Assembly (NCBI GenBank): GCA_964291675.2
Contig: OZ219866.1
Location: 2,304,001-2,368,000, forward strand
Direction of reading: 5' to 3'
Length of the DNA stretch: 64,000 nt
From: Alphaproteobacteria bacterium
GTDB taxonomy: Bacteria > Pseudomonadota > Alphaproteobacteria > MPNO01
Part shown: positions 17,300 to 26,881 of the stretch, piece by piece
Layout: each line of letters opens with the position of its first letter
Position numbering within the stretch: the first letter of the stretch is position 1
Translations under genes and position numbers: made by a program
Notes under the pieces: model-generated
The model's database searches: none
What the model was told of the DNA's origin: nothing
Seen by the model: only the letters and a program-made list of their open reading frames with translations

Positions 17300-19693
17300 G
17301 TGCGAGACCTGCCTCGCGCCCGATTCGCGGAGAGGCGCCCCTTGACCGACGGCTCGGCGACGCGGGAGAACGAAGCGCTCAGGGAGCGCATCTCGCGGCT
17401 CAGCGCGGCGATCCTGCGGATCAATGCAAGCCTCGACGTGGCCACCGTGCTACAGGAGGTCGTCGACAGCGCGCGCGCGCTCACCGCCGCCCGCTACGGC
17501 ATCATCGCCACCGTCGACGACGCCGGCGCGGTGCAGGATTTCGTGGCCTCGGGCTTCACCCAAGAGGAGCAGGACCGGCTCGCCAGCTGGCCCGACGGGC
17601 CGCGGCTTTTCGAACGGCTGCGCGACCGCCCCGGGCGGCTGCGCCTGGAGGACCTGCGGGACTGCCTGCCCTCGCTCGGCTTTTCCCCGGACCTGATGCC
17701 GCTCAGCACCCTGCAGGGCGTGCCGATGACCCACCGGGAGCGCCATGTCGGCAACTTCTTCCTCGCCGGGAAGGAGGGCGGCGGCGAGTTCACCGGCGAG
17801 GACGAGGAATTGCTGGTGCTGTTCGCCTCGCAGGCGGCGGCGACGATCGCCAACGCGCGCACCCACCGCGACGAACGCCGCGCCCGGGCCAATCTCGAAG
17901 CCCTGATCGACACATCTCCGGTGGGCGTCGTGGTCTTCGATGCGCGAACCGGGCGGCCGGTCTCGTTCAACCGCGAGGCGCGGCGCATCGTCGAGCAGCT
18001 CGGCAGCCCCGACCGCCCCGTCGAGCAGTTGCTCGAGGTCATCGCCTGCCGCTACGCCGACGGGCGCGAGCTTGCCCTCGACGAAGTGCCGCTGGCGCAG
18101 CAGCTCGGCAGCGCCACCGCGATGCGCGCCGAGGAGATGACGCTTTCGGTGCCCGACGGGCGCAGCATCAAGACGCTCCTCAATGTCACGCCGATCCACG
18201 GCGAGGACGGCGCGGTCGCCTCGGTCGTCGTCGCGGTGCAGGACCTCGCGCCGTTCGAGGAGCTCGACCGGCTGCGGGTGGAGTTCGTGGACATGGTGAG
18301 CCACGAGCTGCGCGCGCCGCTCGCCTCGATCAAGGGTTCCGCCGCCACCGTGCTCGGCGCCCGGCCGGTCCCCGCCCCGGCGGAGATGCTCCAGTTCTTC
18401 CGCATCATCGACGGGCAGGCCGACCGCATGCGCGGCCTGATCGCCGACCTGCTGGACGCGGGCAGCATCGAGGCGGGAACGCTCGCCGTCGTGCCCGAGC
18501 CGGCGGAGGTCTCCAGCCTGGTCGATCTGGCGCGCAACACCTTCCTGAGCGGCGGCGGCCGGCACAGGCTGCTTATCGACCTGCCGCCCGACCTGCCCCT
18601 TGTGATGGCCGACCGCGAGCGCATCGTCCAGGTGCTGAACAATCTGTTCGCCAACGCCGCCCGGCACGCGCCGGAATCGTCCCCCATCCGGGTCGAGGCG
18701 GCACGCCGCGGCGTCCATGTCGCGGTCGCGGTCTCCGACCGGGGCCAGGGCATCCCGGCGGAACGCATTCCGCTGCTGTTCCGCAAGCGCGCGCGCCTCG
18801 CCGACGGCGAGGGGAACGGGATCGGCGGCGCCGGGCTCGGGCTTGCGATCTGCAAGGGGCTGGTGGAAGCCCATGGCGGCCGCATCCGGGCCGAGAGCGC
18901 GGGCGCGGGCCAGGGCGCGCGGTTCACCTTCACCATCCCGGTGGCCGCCGCCGACGAGGCCGGCGCCGCTTCCGGCGAGACCCCCGGCGCGCGGGCGTCG
19001 CACGGCGGGGGCGAGCGGACGCGCATCCTCGCGGTGGACGACGACCCGCACGCGCTGCGCCAGGTCCGGGACGCGCTGTCCGAGGCCGGCTACGCTCCGC
19101 TGACCACCGGCGATCCGGGAGACCTCGCCCGCCTGATCCGCACGCAGCGGCCCCGGCTGGTCCTGCTCGACCTGATGCTGCCCGGAACCGACGGGATCGC
19201 GCTGATGGAGCGGATTCCCGAGCTCGGCGACCTGCCGGTGATCTTCATCTCCGGCTACGGAAGGGACGAGACCGTCGCCCGGGCGCTGGAGAGCGGCGCC
19301 GCCGACTACATCGTCAAGCCGTTCTCGTCGACCGAACTCGTCGCGCGCGTCGCGGCCGCGCTCAGGCGCACCGCGGGGGCGGAGCCGTTCGTGCTGGGGG
19401 ATCTCGCCATCCACTACGACGAGCGCCGGGCGAGCCTGGCCGGGCGCGCGGTGCCCCTCACCGCCACCGAGTGGGAGCTGCTGCGCATCTTGTCGGTCAA
19501 TGCCGGGCGGGTGGTGACCTCGGAGTCGCTGCTCCGCCAGGCCTGGGGCGCGCGCGACGCCTCGGACACCGAGCCGGTGCGCGCCTTCGTGAAGAAGCTC
19601 CGCGCCAAGCTCGGCGACGACGCCGCGAACCCCGCCTACATCTTCACCGAGCGCGGGGTCGGCTACCGCATGAAGCGGCCGGACGGCGCCTGA
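17300..19693 (+). CDS. hybrid sensor kinase/response regulator: GAF-PAS-HisKA-HATPase-REC-OmpR winged helix
   Basis: H-box VSHELRAPL, N-box NNLFANA, G boxes DRGQGI and GLGLAIC; REC VDDD, LLDLMLP, KPF; wHTH LTATEWELL...TERGVGY. Confidence 0.9.
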   Translation: MRDLPRARFAERRPLTDGSATRENEALRERISRLSAAILRINASLDVATVLQEVVDSARALTAARYGIIATVDDAGAVQDFVASGFTQEEQDRLASWPDGPRLFERLRDRPGRLRLEDLRDCLPSLGFSPDLMPLSTLQGVPMTHRERHVGNFFLAGKEGGGEFTGEDEELLVLFASQAAATIANARTHRDERRARANLEALIDTSPVGVVVFDARTGRPVSFNREARRIVEQLGSPDRPVEQLLEVIACRYADGRELALDEVPLAQQLGSATAMRAEEMTLSVPDGRSIKTLLNVTPIHGEDGAVASVVVAVQDLAPFEELDRLRVEFVDMVSHELRAPLASIKGSAATVLGARPVPAPAEMLQFFRIIDGQADRMRGLIADLLDAGSIEAGTLAVVPEPAEVSSLVDLARNTFLSGGGRHRLLIDLPPDLPLVMADRERIVQVLNNLFANAARHAPESSPIRVEAARRGVHVAVAVSDRGQGIPAERIPLLFRKRARLADGEGNGIGGAGLGLAICKGLVEAHGGRIRAESAGAGQGARFTFTIPVAAADEAGAASGETPGARASHGGGERTRILAVDDDPHALRQVRDALSEAGYAPLTTGDPGDLARLIRTQRPRLVLLDLMLPGTDGIALMERIPELGDLPVIFISGYGRDETVARALESGAADYIVKPFSSTELVARVAAALRRTAGAEPFVLGDLAIHYDERRASLAGRAVPLTATEWELLRILSVNAGRVVTSESLLRQAWGARDASDTEPVRAFVKKLRAKLGDDAANPAYIFTERGVGYRMKRPDGA

Positions 19694-19705
19694 GCCGCTC
19701 CCGCC

Positions 19706-20584
19706 TCAGGCGAGCGCGGTCTCGAACAGGGCGAGCAGCCGGCTCCAGGCGCGCTCCGCCTGGGCTTCGTGGTAGACGGCGGAGTCCGGCGGGCACCAGC
19801 CGTGCAGGGTTCCCGCATAGACCTCGATCTCGGCCGGCAGCTTCGCCGCGGCGAAGGCCTCGCGCAGGACGTCCTTGGACTTCGGCTCCTTCTTGTCGTC
19901 GTTCTCCGCGATCGCGAACAGGTACCGCGCGCGCAGCTTCGGCACCAGCAGATGCGGGCTGTCGGGCCGGTCGGTCACCAGCCTGCCGCCGTGGAACGAC
20001 GCGCCGGCGCCGATCCGGTCGGGGAACGCCGCCGCCGTGCGCATGGTCATCGCGCCGCCCATGCAGTACCCCGTCGTTCCCATCTTGCGGTCCCTGGCCA
20101 CCGCCTTCTGGGCGTCGAGGAAGCCGACGAAGGCCGTCGCGTCCGTCACCGTCCGCTCGGGGGTCAGCGAGCGCATCAGGGGAAACACCTTCTTGCGCGT
20201 CGCCTCGTCGCGGAACGAGGCGCCCTCCGGCAGGATCGGCGCCCGCTCGGCCCGGTAGAAGGGGTTGACCGTCAGCACCGCGTAGCCCGATTCGGCGAGC
20301 CGCCGCCCCATCCGCTCGAAGGCGGGCCGGAGGCCGAGCGCGTCGGGCCAGATCAGCACGCCCGGATGGGCGCCGCTCGCCGGGTGGACGAAGTGGCAAT
20401 CCGCCGTGCCGTCGGGCGTCTTCACCTCGACATTCGCGGCCGTCACCTCGAGCGCGTTCGCGGCCCGCGGCAGCAGCATCGCCAGCCCTGTCCCGGCCGA
20501 CAGCGCGCCGAACCCGCGCCGGCTCAGCCTGCCCGAACCGCGCAGGTAATCCTCCGCGTCGCGGATCGTTCTGTCGTCGCACAT
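19706..20584 (-). CDS. dienelactone hydrolase family protein with Tat signal
   Basis: SRRGFG twin-arginine motif; GYCMGG nucleophile, AEND, HGW. Confidence 0.9.
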   Translation of the reverse strand: MCDDRTIRDAEDYLRGSGRLSRRGFGALSAGTGLAMLLPRAANALEVTAANVEVKTPDGTADCHFVHPASGAHPGVLIWPDALGLRPAFERMGRRLAESGYAVLTVNPFYRAERAPILPEGASFRDEATRKKVFPLMRSLTPERTVTDATAFVGFLDAQKAVARDRKMGTTGYCMGGAMTMRTAAAFPDRIGAGASFHGGRLVTDRPDSPHLLVPKLRARYLFAIAENDDKKEPKSKDVLREAFAAAKLPAEIEVYAGTLHGWCPPDSAVYHEAQAERAWSRLLALFETALA

Positions 20585-20912
20585 GGGTGTTGCCCTCTCC
20601 TGTGGATCGCTTCGCAGCGTAGCACGAACGCGCGCCGGCCTCCCCGCCGTCTTCGACAATTTCCAATGAGCATCATCAGAAAATTGTTCTGGTTGCCGCG
20701 CCGGCGCGCCCCACCTGACTGGTGAACTCGCCGTCTTCCGGCGGGTCCCCCGAAGCAGGTTGAAGGGGAGTCGGGAATGGTCTCACGCAGCGCCGCCGCA
20801 GGCCCGCCGCCCGGGTCCGGCGGCGCGTTCCGCGACCGGGCTCCCGACCCCCGGCCCGACGCCGTGCACGGCTATCCGCGCGCGGCGTTTTCATTTCCAG
20901 AGGAACGCATTC

Positions 20913-23900
20913 ATGACCGACCTCCCTGTCTTTCCGGCCGCTCTCGGGACAACGGCACGGGAAACGCGTGACAGCCGCCGCCCCGCGCGCGGGTTTTTCA
21001 TCGCCATGCTGCGCCGGGCCGTCCAGGCCATGGCCGCCGCGGCGGCGTTCCACGGTGCCGGCGCGCCGGTCCAGGCGTTTCCCGGACTCGACCGACCGAA
21101 GGTGACCATCGCCGCGGAGCGCGGTTCCTACGGCTTCGGCATCGACGACGTCGTCTTCAGGCTTCGACGCGCGGGTCCGGCCGACGAGGCGCTCTCCGTG
21201 CGGGTTTCGCTCGCCCAGGCCCAGCTCTATCTGCCGGCCGACCGGCTCGACGCGGTGGTGCGGTTCTGGCCGGACGAGAGGGAAGCGGAGTTCCGCATCC
21301 GCGCGCGGGAGTTCAACGGCCCGGCGACGGAATCCGGCGTGCTTGCAGCGACGCTGGTCCATGCATTCAGCTACACGGTGGGACGCCCCAACACCGCGCG
21401 GACGCGCATGGTCGTGAACGACCCGGCGATCACGGTGCGGCCGGAGCAGGCCTCCTACAGCGTGAACGAGAGCGACGGCGCGGTGCGTGTGACCTTCGTC
21501 GCCCGCACCGCGCCCGACCTGCCCCGGCCCGCCAAGGCGTTCTCCATCGCGGTCTCGTCAAAGGCGGGAGGCGACGATGCGGTCGCGCGCGCCCGTACCA
21601 GGGCCGTTTCGCGAACCATCGACTTCAGGCCGCGCGACTTCGCCGGCGAGGACGGGGAATGGCAGGCACGCAAGACGGTTTCGATTGCCATGCCGGAAGC
21701 AGACGAGGGCCTGGAGGTGATGTTCCAGCGCGCGGCGTCGACGCCGGAGCGAATCCGGCCGCGCAACGCCGACGGCACCCCCTGCGCGAACGATGTCTGC
21801 ATGGTGCCGGTAACCATGGCCCAGCGCGACGGTCCCACGCTCACCATCGCGGCGGGAAGCGACACTTACGGATACCAGATCGACGACGTCGTCTTCACCG
21901 TAACGCGCACCGGACCGGCCGAAGAGGAGGTCGGCGGCAGCGTGACGATCGCGCAGGAAGACACCTACCTGCCTGCGGGGAGCCTGAGCTGGACGTTCAC
22001 CATCCCCGCGAACGAGACCACCGCCTCGCACACGTTCTCGAGGTCGGAGTTCTCCGGCGGGGCGTCGCAGACGGGCGATCTAACCGCAACGCTCGATGAT
22101 GGCGACGGCTACGAGGTGGGCACGCCGGGCGCGGCGACCGTCAGCATGGTCGTGGCGGACCCGGCGATCACGGTCCGGCCGGAGCACGCTGCCTACAGCT
22201 TCGACGAAGGCGACGATGCGGCGAGCGTGACCTTCATCGCCCGCACCGCGCCCGGCCTGCCCCGCCCCGGCACTGCGTTTTCCGTCACGGTCTCCGCGAA
22301 AGCCAGATCTGACGGGGCCGGCTCGCCGGACGATTACGCGGCCCTTTCGGAAACGATTGCCTTCGAGCCCGACGACTTCACGGCCTCGGGCAGCGAATGG
22401 GAGGCGCGCAAGGAGATCGCGCTCACGCTCGTCGACGACGGCGAGGACGAAGGCGACGAGACCTTCGATCTGGAGCTGGAGATGACGCCAGGACTGCCGA
22501 ACCGGATCGGGCTTCGCCAGGCCGACGGCAGCGCCTGCCCGGACGAGGGCTGCCTGACACCGGTGACCATCTCCGATCCCTCGGAGGATCCGGTCCTGAC
22601 CATCGCGGCGGGGCGCGACACCTACGGATACCAGATCGACGACGTCGTCTTCACCGTAACGCGCACCGGACCGGCCGAAGAGGAGATCGGCGGCAGCGTG
22701 ACGATCGCGCAGGAACACACCTATCTGCCTGCGGCGAGCCTGAGCTGGACGTTCACCATCCCCGCGAACGAGACGGCCGCCTCGCACACGCTCTCAAGGT
22801 CGGATTTCTCCGGCGGGGCGACGCAGACGGGCGATCTGACCGCGACGCTCGATGATGGCGACGGCTACGCGGTGGGCACGCCGGGCGCGGCGACCGTCAG
22901 CATGGTCGTGGCGGACCCGGCGATCACGGTCCGGCCGGAGCACGCCGCCTACAGCTTCGACGAAGACGACGATGCGGCGAGCGTGACCTTCATCGCCCGC
23001 ACCGCGCCTGACGTGCCCCGCCCCGGCACTGCGTTTTCCGTCACGGTCTCCGCGAAAGCCAGATCTGACGGGGCCGGCTCGCCGGACGATTACGCGGCCC
23101 TTTCGGAAACGATTGCCTTCGCGACCGACGACTTCACGGCCTCGGGCAGCGAATGGGAGGCGCGCAAGGAGATCGCGCTCACGCTCGTCGACGACGGCGA
23201 GGACGAAGGCGACGAGACCTTCGACCTGGAGCTGGAGGGTACGACGGAATTGCCGAACCGGATCGGGCTTCGCCAGGCCGACGGCAGCGCCTGCCCGGAT
23301 CAGGGCTGCCTGACGCCGGTGACCATCCGCGACAACGACGGCCTGGCGGCGAACGGGCTTGCAATCACGCCCGTGCCGCCGGCGGCAAGCGCCGACCATG
23401 GCCCCTACTACACCAAGAAGGACTTCCTCGCCCTGCCGGACGACACCGTGCACGGCCGGGGCGCGACGCTCACCTTCACGCTTACCCTCACTGACGAGGT
23501 TATCGTCACCGGGTCGCCCGAGCTGGTGCTCGACATCTTCGACCGCGAGCGCCGGGCGCGCTACACCGGCGGCTCGGGCACGCGGCGGCTGACCTTCGTG
23601 TGGACGGTTCAGAAGGGCGACAACGACCCCAACGGGCTGGAGGTCCGCTCCCTCGACCTCAAGGGCGGCACGATCCGCGACCGCGAAGGCCGCGATCTGC
23701 TGCCGCAGACCATCCCGCCGCACCACTTTGCCGAGCACCGGGTGCGCGGCGGGCTCTTCGCCATGCGACTGGAAGCCGCCGGCTCGGCGCGGGAGGGCGA
23801 GCCCTTCGAGATCCGGGTGATCCGCAACGGCGGCTACGACGAGGTGGCGGTGGCCATGGTCGGCGTGGCCGACAGCTTCCTGTCCCTCATAGAGTCGTCG

Positions 23901-25934
23901 CACCACTACGCGGTGAACGGGCCCGGCCGACGGCAGTTCGACTTCGATGACGGGGAGCCGAGCGAGCCCGGCGTGCGGGTCTCGACGCGCACCATGACGC
24001 CGCCCGGCGACGGCATCGCCGACGCATCGCGCACGATGACGGTGCGGCTCACCGGGACCGACGCGGGCTTCCAGTCGACCCCGCCGCTCGGCGACTACCG
24101 GGCCTGGTACCTGACCGAGGGGCCGCTTGAGGTGACGGTGCCGGTGATCGACACCGGGCAGCCGCTGGCGATGGCCGGTCTCCGGGTCCACGGGGCCTCG
24201 GCGCGCGAGGCGCCGGGCGCGAAGCTCGTCTTCCGTGTCACCCTGTCGCCCCGCAGCGAAGCCCCGGTGACGGTGGACTACCGGACCGGAGACGACCCGC
24301 ACAACGAGCCCAAGGCGGTCGCCGACGAGGACTATGTGGCAATCGACGGAAAGCTGACCTTCGAGCCCGGCGAGCAGGAGAAGACGGTCGAGGTGGAGGT
24401 GCTGCCCGACGACCATGACGAGGGTTTGGAAACCATGCGGCTCTTCCTGTCGAACGCCGTGGGCGCGCGCATCGACACGGCCTCGGGGCTCGGCGTCATC
24501 AAGAACGACGGGCCGATCCCGCGAGCGTGGATCGCGCGCTTCGGGCGCACGGTGGCCGACCAGGTGCTGGGCGCGGTCGAGAGCCGGATGCGGGCGGCGC
24601 GCAAGCCCGGCGCCGAGGTGACGCTCGCCGGCCAGCGGGTCGGCGGCCGGGCGCCGAAGGACGACGCGGACGCGGCAGCCGGCTCGGCCTGGCCGGACCC
24701 CGTCGGGTTTGGTTCGCCGGAGTCGCGTGGTGCCACGGCACACGACCTGCTCGGCGGCACGTCCTTCACAGTCACGGGCGAGGCCGGGCGGGGCGGATAC
24801 ATGTCCCTCTGGGGCCGCGGCGCCGTCACCCGCTTCGACGGCCGCGAGGACGAGCTCACGCTCGACGGCGAGGTCGCGAGCGCCATGGTCGGCGTCGACT
24901 GGGTCCGGGGGAGCTGGACCGCCGGCCTGATCGCCTCGCGCAGCGACGCCGAGGGCGGCTACGCCGGCCACGGCAAGGGCCGGGCGGAAGCCACGGCGAC
25001 AGGCCTCTGGCCCTGGGGGCGGCTCGCGCTCACCGACAGCGTGGAGGCATGGGGCGCCGCCGGCTACGGCACGGGCGAGCTTTCCGTGACGCCCGCGACG
25101 CCGGGAACGAAGGAGGACGGCGCGACGGCCCGCACCGATCTCGATCTGCGGATGGCGGCGGCCGGGCTGCGCGGGGTGCTGGTCGACGGCGGCAGCGACG
25201 GGCTCTCGCTCACCGGCAAGACCGACGCGACGATCGTCGGGACATCGTCCGACGAAGCGCGCGGATCCGACGGCGGCGGCCTGGCCCGCGCGAGCGCCAG
25301 GGTGACTCGCCTGCGCCTCGGCCTGGAAGGGGAGCGTCCCATCCGGCTCGACGACGGCGGGACCCTGACGCCGTTCGCCGAGATCGGCATGCGCCGCGAT
25401 GGCGGCGACGCGGAGACGGGCTTCGGCGTCGATCTGGGCGGCGGCATCGCCTGGACCCTGCCGGCGCACGGCCTGCGGATCGAGCTGCGCGGGCGCGGCC
25501 TGCTGACCCACGAGGCGGAGGGCTTCCGCGAGCGCGGCTTCTCCGGCGCGCTCTCCTGGGACCCCGTGCCGTCCTCGGCGCGCGGCCCGGCGCTGACCCT
25601 GACCCGGAGCGCCGACGGCCCGGCCTCGGGCGGCGCCGATGCGGTGCTGGCGCCCGCCGCGCTGCCCAGAATCGGCGCGAAGCCGCAACGCCGGCTGGAG
25701 GCACGGCTCGGCTATGGCTTCGCGGCCTGGAGCGGGCGGTTCGTGTCGGTCCCCGAAATCGGTCTCGGGCTCGGCGAAACCGGCCGGGAGTACCGCCTGG
25801 GCTGGCGCCTGGCGGGCGAGGGTCTCCCCGGCCCCGGCGCGCTCGCGCTGTCGGCGGAAATCCGCCGGTCTGAGCCGGCAGGCGGAAATCCGGCCCAGCA
25901 CCGCGTGGGCGCGCGGCTTTCCGCCCGGTGGTAG
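20913..25934 (+). CDS. large Calx-beta-repeat surface protein with autotransporter-like C-terminal beta domain
   Basis: Calx-beta-type motifs (DDY..LS..I.F...LVDD..DEGDETF; DY....G.LTF.PGE..K.VEV..L.DDHDEG.ET); linker AWIARFGRTVADQV; amphipathic barrel strands ending in ARW. Confidence 0.8.
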   Translation: MTDLPVFPAALGTTARETRDSRRPARGFFIAMLRRAVQAMAAAAAFHGAGAPVQAFPGLDRPKVTIAAERGSYGFGIDDVVFRLRRAGPADEALSVRVSLAQAQLYLPADRLDAVVRFWPDEREAEFRIRAREFNGPATESGVLAATLVHAFSYTVGRPNTARTRMVVNDPAITVRPEQASYSVNESDGAVRVTFVARTAPDLPRPAKAFSIAVSSKAGGDDAVARARTRAVSRTIDFRPRDFAGEDGEWQARKTVSIAMPEADEGLEVMFQRAASTPERIRPRNADGTPCANDVCMVPVTMAQRDGPTLTIAAGSDTYGYQIDDVVFTVTRTGPAEEEVGGSVTIAQEDTYLPAGSLSWTFTIPANETTASHTFSRSEFSGGASQTGDLTATLDDGDGYEVGTPGAATVSMVVADPAITVRPEHAAYSFDEGDDAASVTFIARTAPGLPRPGTAFSVTVSAKARSDGAGSPDDYAALSETIAFEPDDFTASGSEWEARKEIALTLVDDGEDEGDETFDLELEMTPGLPNRIGLRQADGSACPDEGCLTPVTISDPSEDPVLTIAAGRDTYGYQIDDVVFTVTRTGPAEEEIGGSVTIAQEHTYLPAASLSWTFTIPANETAASHTLSRSDFSGGATQTGDLTATLDDGDGYAVGTPGAATVSMVVADPAITVRPEHAAYSFDEDDDAASVTFIARTAPDVPRPGTAFSVTVSAKARSDGAGSPDDYAALSETIAFATDDFTASGSEWEARKEIALTLVDDGEDEGDETFDLELEGTTELPNRIGLRQADGSACPDQGCLTPVTIRDNDGLAANGLAITPVPPAASADHGPYYTKKDFLALPDDTVHGRGATLTFTLTLTDEVIVTGSPELVLDIFDRERRARYTGGSGTRRLTFVWTVQKGDNDPNGLEVRSLDLKGGTIRDREGRDLLPQTIPPHHFAEHRVRGGLFAMRLEAAGSAREGEPFEIRVIRNGGYDEVAVAMVGVADSFLSLIESSHHYAVNGPGRRQFDFDDGEPSEPGVRVSTRTMTPPGDGIADASRTMTVRLTGTDAGFQSTPPLGDYRAWYLTEGPLEVTVPVIDTGQPLAMAGLRVHGASAREAPGAKLVFRVTLSPRSEAPVTVDYRTGDDPHNEPKAVADEDYVAIDGKLTFEPGEQEKTVEVEVLPDDHDEGLETMRLFLSNAVGARIDTASGLGVIKNDGPIPRAWIARFGRTVADQVLGAVESRMRAARKPGAEVTLAGQRVGGRAPKDDADAAAGSAWPDPVGFGSPESRGATAHDLLGGTSFTVTGEAGRGGYMSLWGRGAVTRFDGREDELTLDGEVASAMVGVDWVRGSWTAGLIASRSDAEGGYAGHGKGRAEATATGLWPWGRLALTDSVEAWGAAGYGTGELSVTPATPGTKEDGATARTDLDLRMAAAGLRGVLVDGGSDGLSLTGKTDATIVGTSSDEARGSDGGGLARASARVTRLRLGLEGERPIRLDDGGTLTPFAEIGMRRDGGDAETGFGVDLGGGIAWTLPAHGLRIELRGRGLLTHEAEGFRERGFSGALSWDPVPSSARGPALTLTRSADGPASGGADAVLAPAALPRIGAKPQRRLEARLGYGFAAWSGRFVSVPEIGLGLGETGREYRLGWRLAGEGLPGPGALALSAEIRRSEPAGGNPAQHRVGARLSARW
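21840..23330 (+). repeat. intragenic tandem duplication, period 756 bp (units start at 21840 and 22596)
   Basis: Near-identical DNA encoding LTIAAG(S/R)DTYGYQIDDVVFTVTRTG...CLTPVTI twice; a diverged third unit starts near 21100. Confidence 0.95.
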
Positions 25935-26002
25935 AACGGGCGAATCGGCCCCCATCGGTGCCGCCGCCGCGTGATAGGTTAGGGCGTCACGGGGAGGCGG
26001 CG

Positions 26003-26878
26003 ATGAAACCGAGGCAGTGCGGAGACGTCGGCATCTGGGCGGTGCGCGAGGCGGTCGCGCCCTATCGCGACCCGCTGGAGGTCTATCCCGACGCCACCCC
26101 CGAGATGGTCGACCGGCACCGTCACTGGCTGGAGCCCGAATGCCTCGACCGCGAGTCCGGGAAGATGATCTTCGCCTTCCAGAGCTATCTGGTCAGGACC
26201 GGCCGCTACACCATCCTGATCGATTGCTGCGTCGGCGAGGACAAGGAGCGCCCCGACTTCCCCAACTGGCACCGCCGGAAATGGCCCTGGCTGGCCAATC
26301 TGAAAGCCGCCGGGGCGACGCCGGAAGACATCGACTTCGTGTTCTGCACCCACCTCCACATCGACCACGTGGGCTGGAACACCAGGCTGGAGAACGGACG
26401 CTGGGTGCCGACCTTCCCCAACGCCACCTATCTGTTCGGCGAGGCCGAGTACCGCTACTGGGAGGTGGCGCACAAGGATATCGGCTACATGCACGGCATG
26501 TTCGTCGACAGCGTGCTGCCGGTGGTCGAGGCCGGCAGGGTCGCCTTCGTCGACGAGGATTTCGAGATCGACACCGGCTTCACCATCGAGCCCACGCCGG
26601 GGCACACGCCGGGCCACAACTGCCTCAACCTCGCCCGCGGCGGCGAGACGGTGGTGTTCTCCGGCGACCTCATGCACCACCCGCTGCAGGTGCCGGAGCC
26701 GCAGCTCTCGACCGTCTACTGCGTCCGCCCGGACGAGTCGCGCAGCACCCGGACCGCCTTCGTCGAACGCTACGCCGATACCGACACGGTGATCCTGCCG
26801 GCCCATTTCCCGGGCGCGTCGGCGGGCCGCATCCGGGCGCGCAACGGCGCCACCCTGTTCGACTTCTGCGAGGAGTGA
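26003..26878 (+). CDS. MBL-fold metallo-hydrolase
   Basis: THLHIDHVG, PGHTPGH, SGDLMH, PAHF motifs; GGGGAGG RBS. Confidence 0.9.
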   Translation: MKPRQCGDVGIWAVREAVAPYRDPLEVYPDATPEMVDRHRHWLEPECLDRESGKMIFAFQSYLVRTGRYTILIDCCVGEDKERPDFPNWHRRKWPWLANLKAAGATPEDIDFVFCTHLHIDHVGWNTRLENGRWVPTFPNATYLFGEAEYRYWEVAHKDIGYMHGMFVDSVLPVVEAGRVAFVDEDFEIDTGFTIEPTPGHTPGHNCLNLARGGETVVFSGDLMHHPLQVPEPQLSTVYCVRPDESRSTRTAFVERYADTDTVILPAHFPGASAGRIRARNGATLFDFCEE

Positions 26879-26881
26879 CGC

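Noticed and set aside
21840-23330. Duplicated segments as a DGR template/variable pair
   Set aside because: Both copies are in-frame coding modules of one protein, and the differences seen were not confined to adenines.
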